Made by a program: the position numbers and the translations under genes. The notes beneath the pieces are model-generated. The model was not told the origin of the DNA, made no database searches, and saw only the letters and a program-made list of their open reading frames with translations. This document shows positions 62,959 through 64,000 of a DNA stretch of 64,000 nt, in pieces; position 1 is the first letter of the stretch; each line of letters starts with the position of its first letter. Source of the DNA: an uncultured Bacilli bacterium (GTDB taxonomy: Bacteria; Bacillota_I; Bacilli_A; RF39; UBA660); contig CAJTZY010000006.1 of assembly GCA_910584085.1 (NCBI GenBank), positions 668 to 64,667 of the forward strand, written 5' to 3'.

Positions 62959-64000
62959 ACTAAAATTTTTAGTTAATACAAGTTTAAAAAAGAAAATTAA
63001 ATCCAAATGGTTTTTAGTAGCCAATTTAATAATTGCTGTAATAATTATAGCAGTTATAAATATTGATAGCATTATAACTCTATTTGGAGGGGACTTTAAT
63101 AAAAAAGATAAAATATATATGTTAGATGAAACTAATGAAATATATGAAAATTTTAAGCAAAATTTAGGTTATTATGAAACCACTTTATATGGTGAGGAAA
63201 ATGAATCATATGAAGTTATTTTAGAAAATAAATCATTAGATGATTTAAAAAAAATTATAAGTGAAGATGAAAAAGACTCAATAATTATACAGGTTTACTA
63301 TAACAAAGATAATAGACTTAGTTCAAAATTAATCTCATTATCTACTATGGATACATATGATTATCAGTTAATTAGCAATGCATTAATGACGACTACAAGT
63401 ATGTATACTTTAAATTCTATAGGATTATCTGAAGAACAATACAATAAAATTATAAATGGTGTAGAAGTTGAAAGAGAAATATTAGATGAAAACATAACTA
63501 GTGAAGATGAAGACACAGGGATGATTATGACTACAGTTTTTCCAGTTCTTATATTACCATTTTTCATGTTAACGATATTCTTAGTTCAATTTATAGGTAG
63601 TGAAGTAAATGATGAAAAATCCACTAAAAGTATGGAAATTATTATTTCTAACGTATCACCAAAAATTCATTTTGCGGCTAAGATAATTGCCAATAATTTA
63701 TTTATATTCGCACAAGTTGTTTTAATAGTAATGTATGCCGTTATGGGATTTGGAATAAGAAAAGTAGTTGGTGGAGATTCTATTATTAATGGAATTGGTA
63801 GTGAGGTTGGAAATATTTTAAAAACTTTAATGTCAGGTGCATTATCGGATAAGTTTATTTTTGTATTAATATTTACTATTGTTCTTATGCTGCTTACTTT
63901 TATTGCCTATTCATTGGTTGCAGGGATTCTTGCATCAATGACTACAAATGCTGAAGATTATCAACAAGTACAAGTACCTATAATGATAACATTACTTTTA
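62948..64000 (+). CDS. ABC-2 family permease (5' part; runs off the window)
   Basis: Open frame from ATG 62948 to the window end, overlapping the ATPase stop. Contains EVNDEKSTKSMEIIISNVSP and TM segments. Confidence 0.75.
   Translation, partial: MKNKLKFLVNTSLKKKIKSKWFLVANLIIAVIIIAVINIDSIITLFGGDFNKKDKIYMLDETNEIYENFKQNLGYYETTLYGEENESYEVILENKSLDDLKKIISEDEKDSIIIQVYYNKDNRLSSKLISLSTMDTYDYQLISNALMTTTSMYTLNSIGLSEEQYNKIINGVEVEREILDENITSEDEDTGMIMTTVFPVLILPFFMLTIFLVQFIGSEVNDEKSTKSMEIIISNVSPKIHFAAKIIANNLFIFAQVVLIVMYAVMGFGIRKVVGGDSIINGIGSEVGNILKTLMSGALSDKFIFVLIFTIVLMLLTFIAYSLVAGILASMTTNAEDYQQVQVPIMITLLL

Noticed and set aside
1-64000. Alternative genetic code (TGA = Trp), considered because of the extreme AT-richness.
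   Set aside because: Many well-supported genes end in TGA at sensible, translationally coupled ATGA junctions (for example 33424-33426, 34336-38, 15934-36). Conserved proteins such as S16, RseP and the ABC ATPase read through correctly with the standard code.
1-64000. CRISPR arrays, retron/RT-associated ncRNA, insertion sequences with terminal inverted repeats.
   Set aside because: No regularly spaced direct repeats, no reverse transcriptase and no transposase-like ORFs were seen. The only recombinases are the tyrosine integrase and the small serine recombinase.

Overview
This is a very AT-rich chromosome segment; hand counts of typical coding lines give about 25% G+C. The host is a spore-forming Firmicute: CotE, ribosomal protein S16, CdsA, RseP and an ABC transporter are recognisable at the right end. 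About 6633-57042 is a single ~50.4-kb temperate siphovirus-type prophage inserted into the 3' end of a tRNA-Leu(UAG) gene.

Prophage layout, left to right:
- 18-bp tRNA-derived core repeats at both ends, with paired TTTGGTCTT arm-type repeats just inside them
- tyrosine integrase, then a divergent XRE repressor / Cro-like switch
- replication and recombination module: DnaD-like, DnaB-like, Rad52-like SSAP, RecB-like exonuclease, SSB, MT-A70 methylase, RuvC-like resolvase
- TerS, then a ~14-kb accessory block, then TerL
- portal, scaffold, capsid, tail, tape measure and fibre genes
- XhlA, holin and CHAP endolysin

Left of the prophage are accessory host genes: an NlpC/P60 lipoprotein, an XRE membrane regulator and two proteins with a transglutaminase-like Cys-His-Asp pattern. 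A second orphan tRNA 3' fragment also lies there.

Signals that ORFs do not explain:
1. A 2.3-kb protein-free, G+C-elevated RNA locus at 18881-21209. It runs tRNA, then ~1.9 kb of unknown structured RNA, then two aberrant tRNA-like elements, then a terminator. The context matches what is described for giant ornate phage RNAs (GOLLD/ROOL-type).
2. A seven-member family of ~35-50-nt elements. Each has TGTAGCAC(T) followed by a hairpin with an AAGGGAA loop. The 3' arm usually buries the Shine-Dalgarno of a major late gene. One copy is inverted upstream of the portal gene and one lies in the immunity region.
3. A perfect 20-nt repeat, GGGAGTGAAAAGGGAGTAAA, at 18881 and 27781.
4. TerS and TerL separated by 14 kb. 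The gap contains a reverse-oriented serine-recombinase cassette and about 30 translationally coupled small ORFs.
5. A 56-aa stand-alone NrdD-type glycyl-radical mini-protein.
6. Phage tRNAs inside the morphogenesis operon, including a type-II tRNA with anticodon ACU.

All RNA-feature coordinates were derived by hand and may be off by 1-2 nt. No database search or folding program was available.
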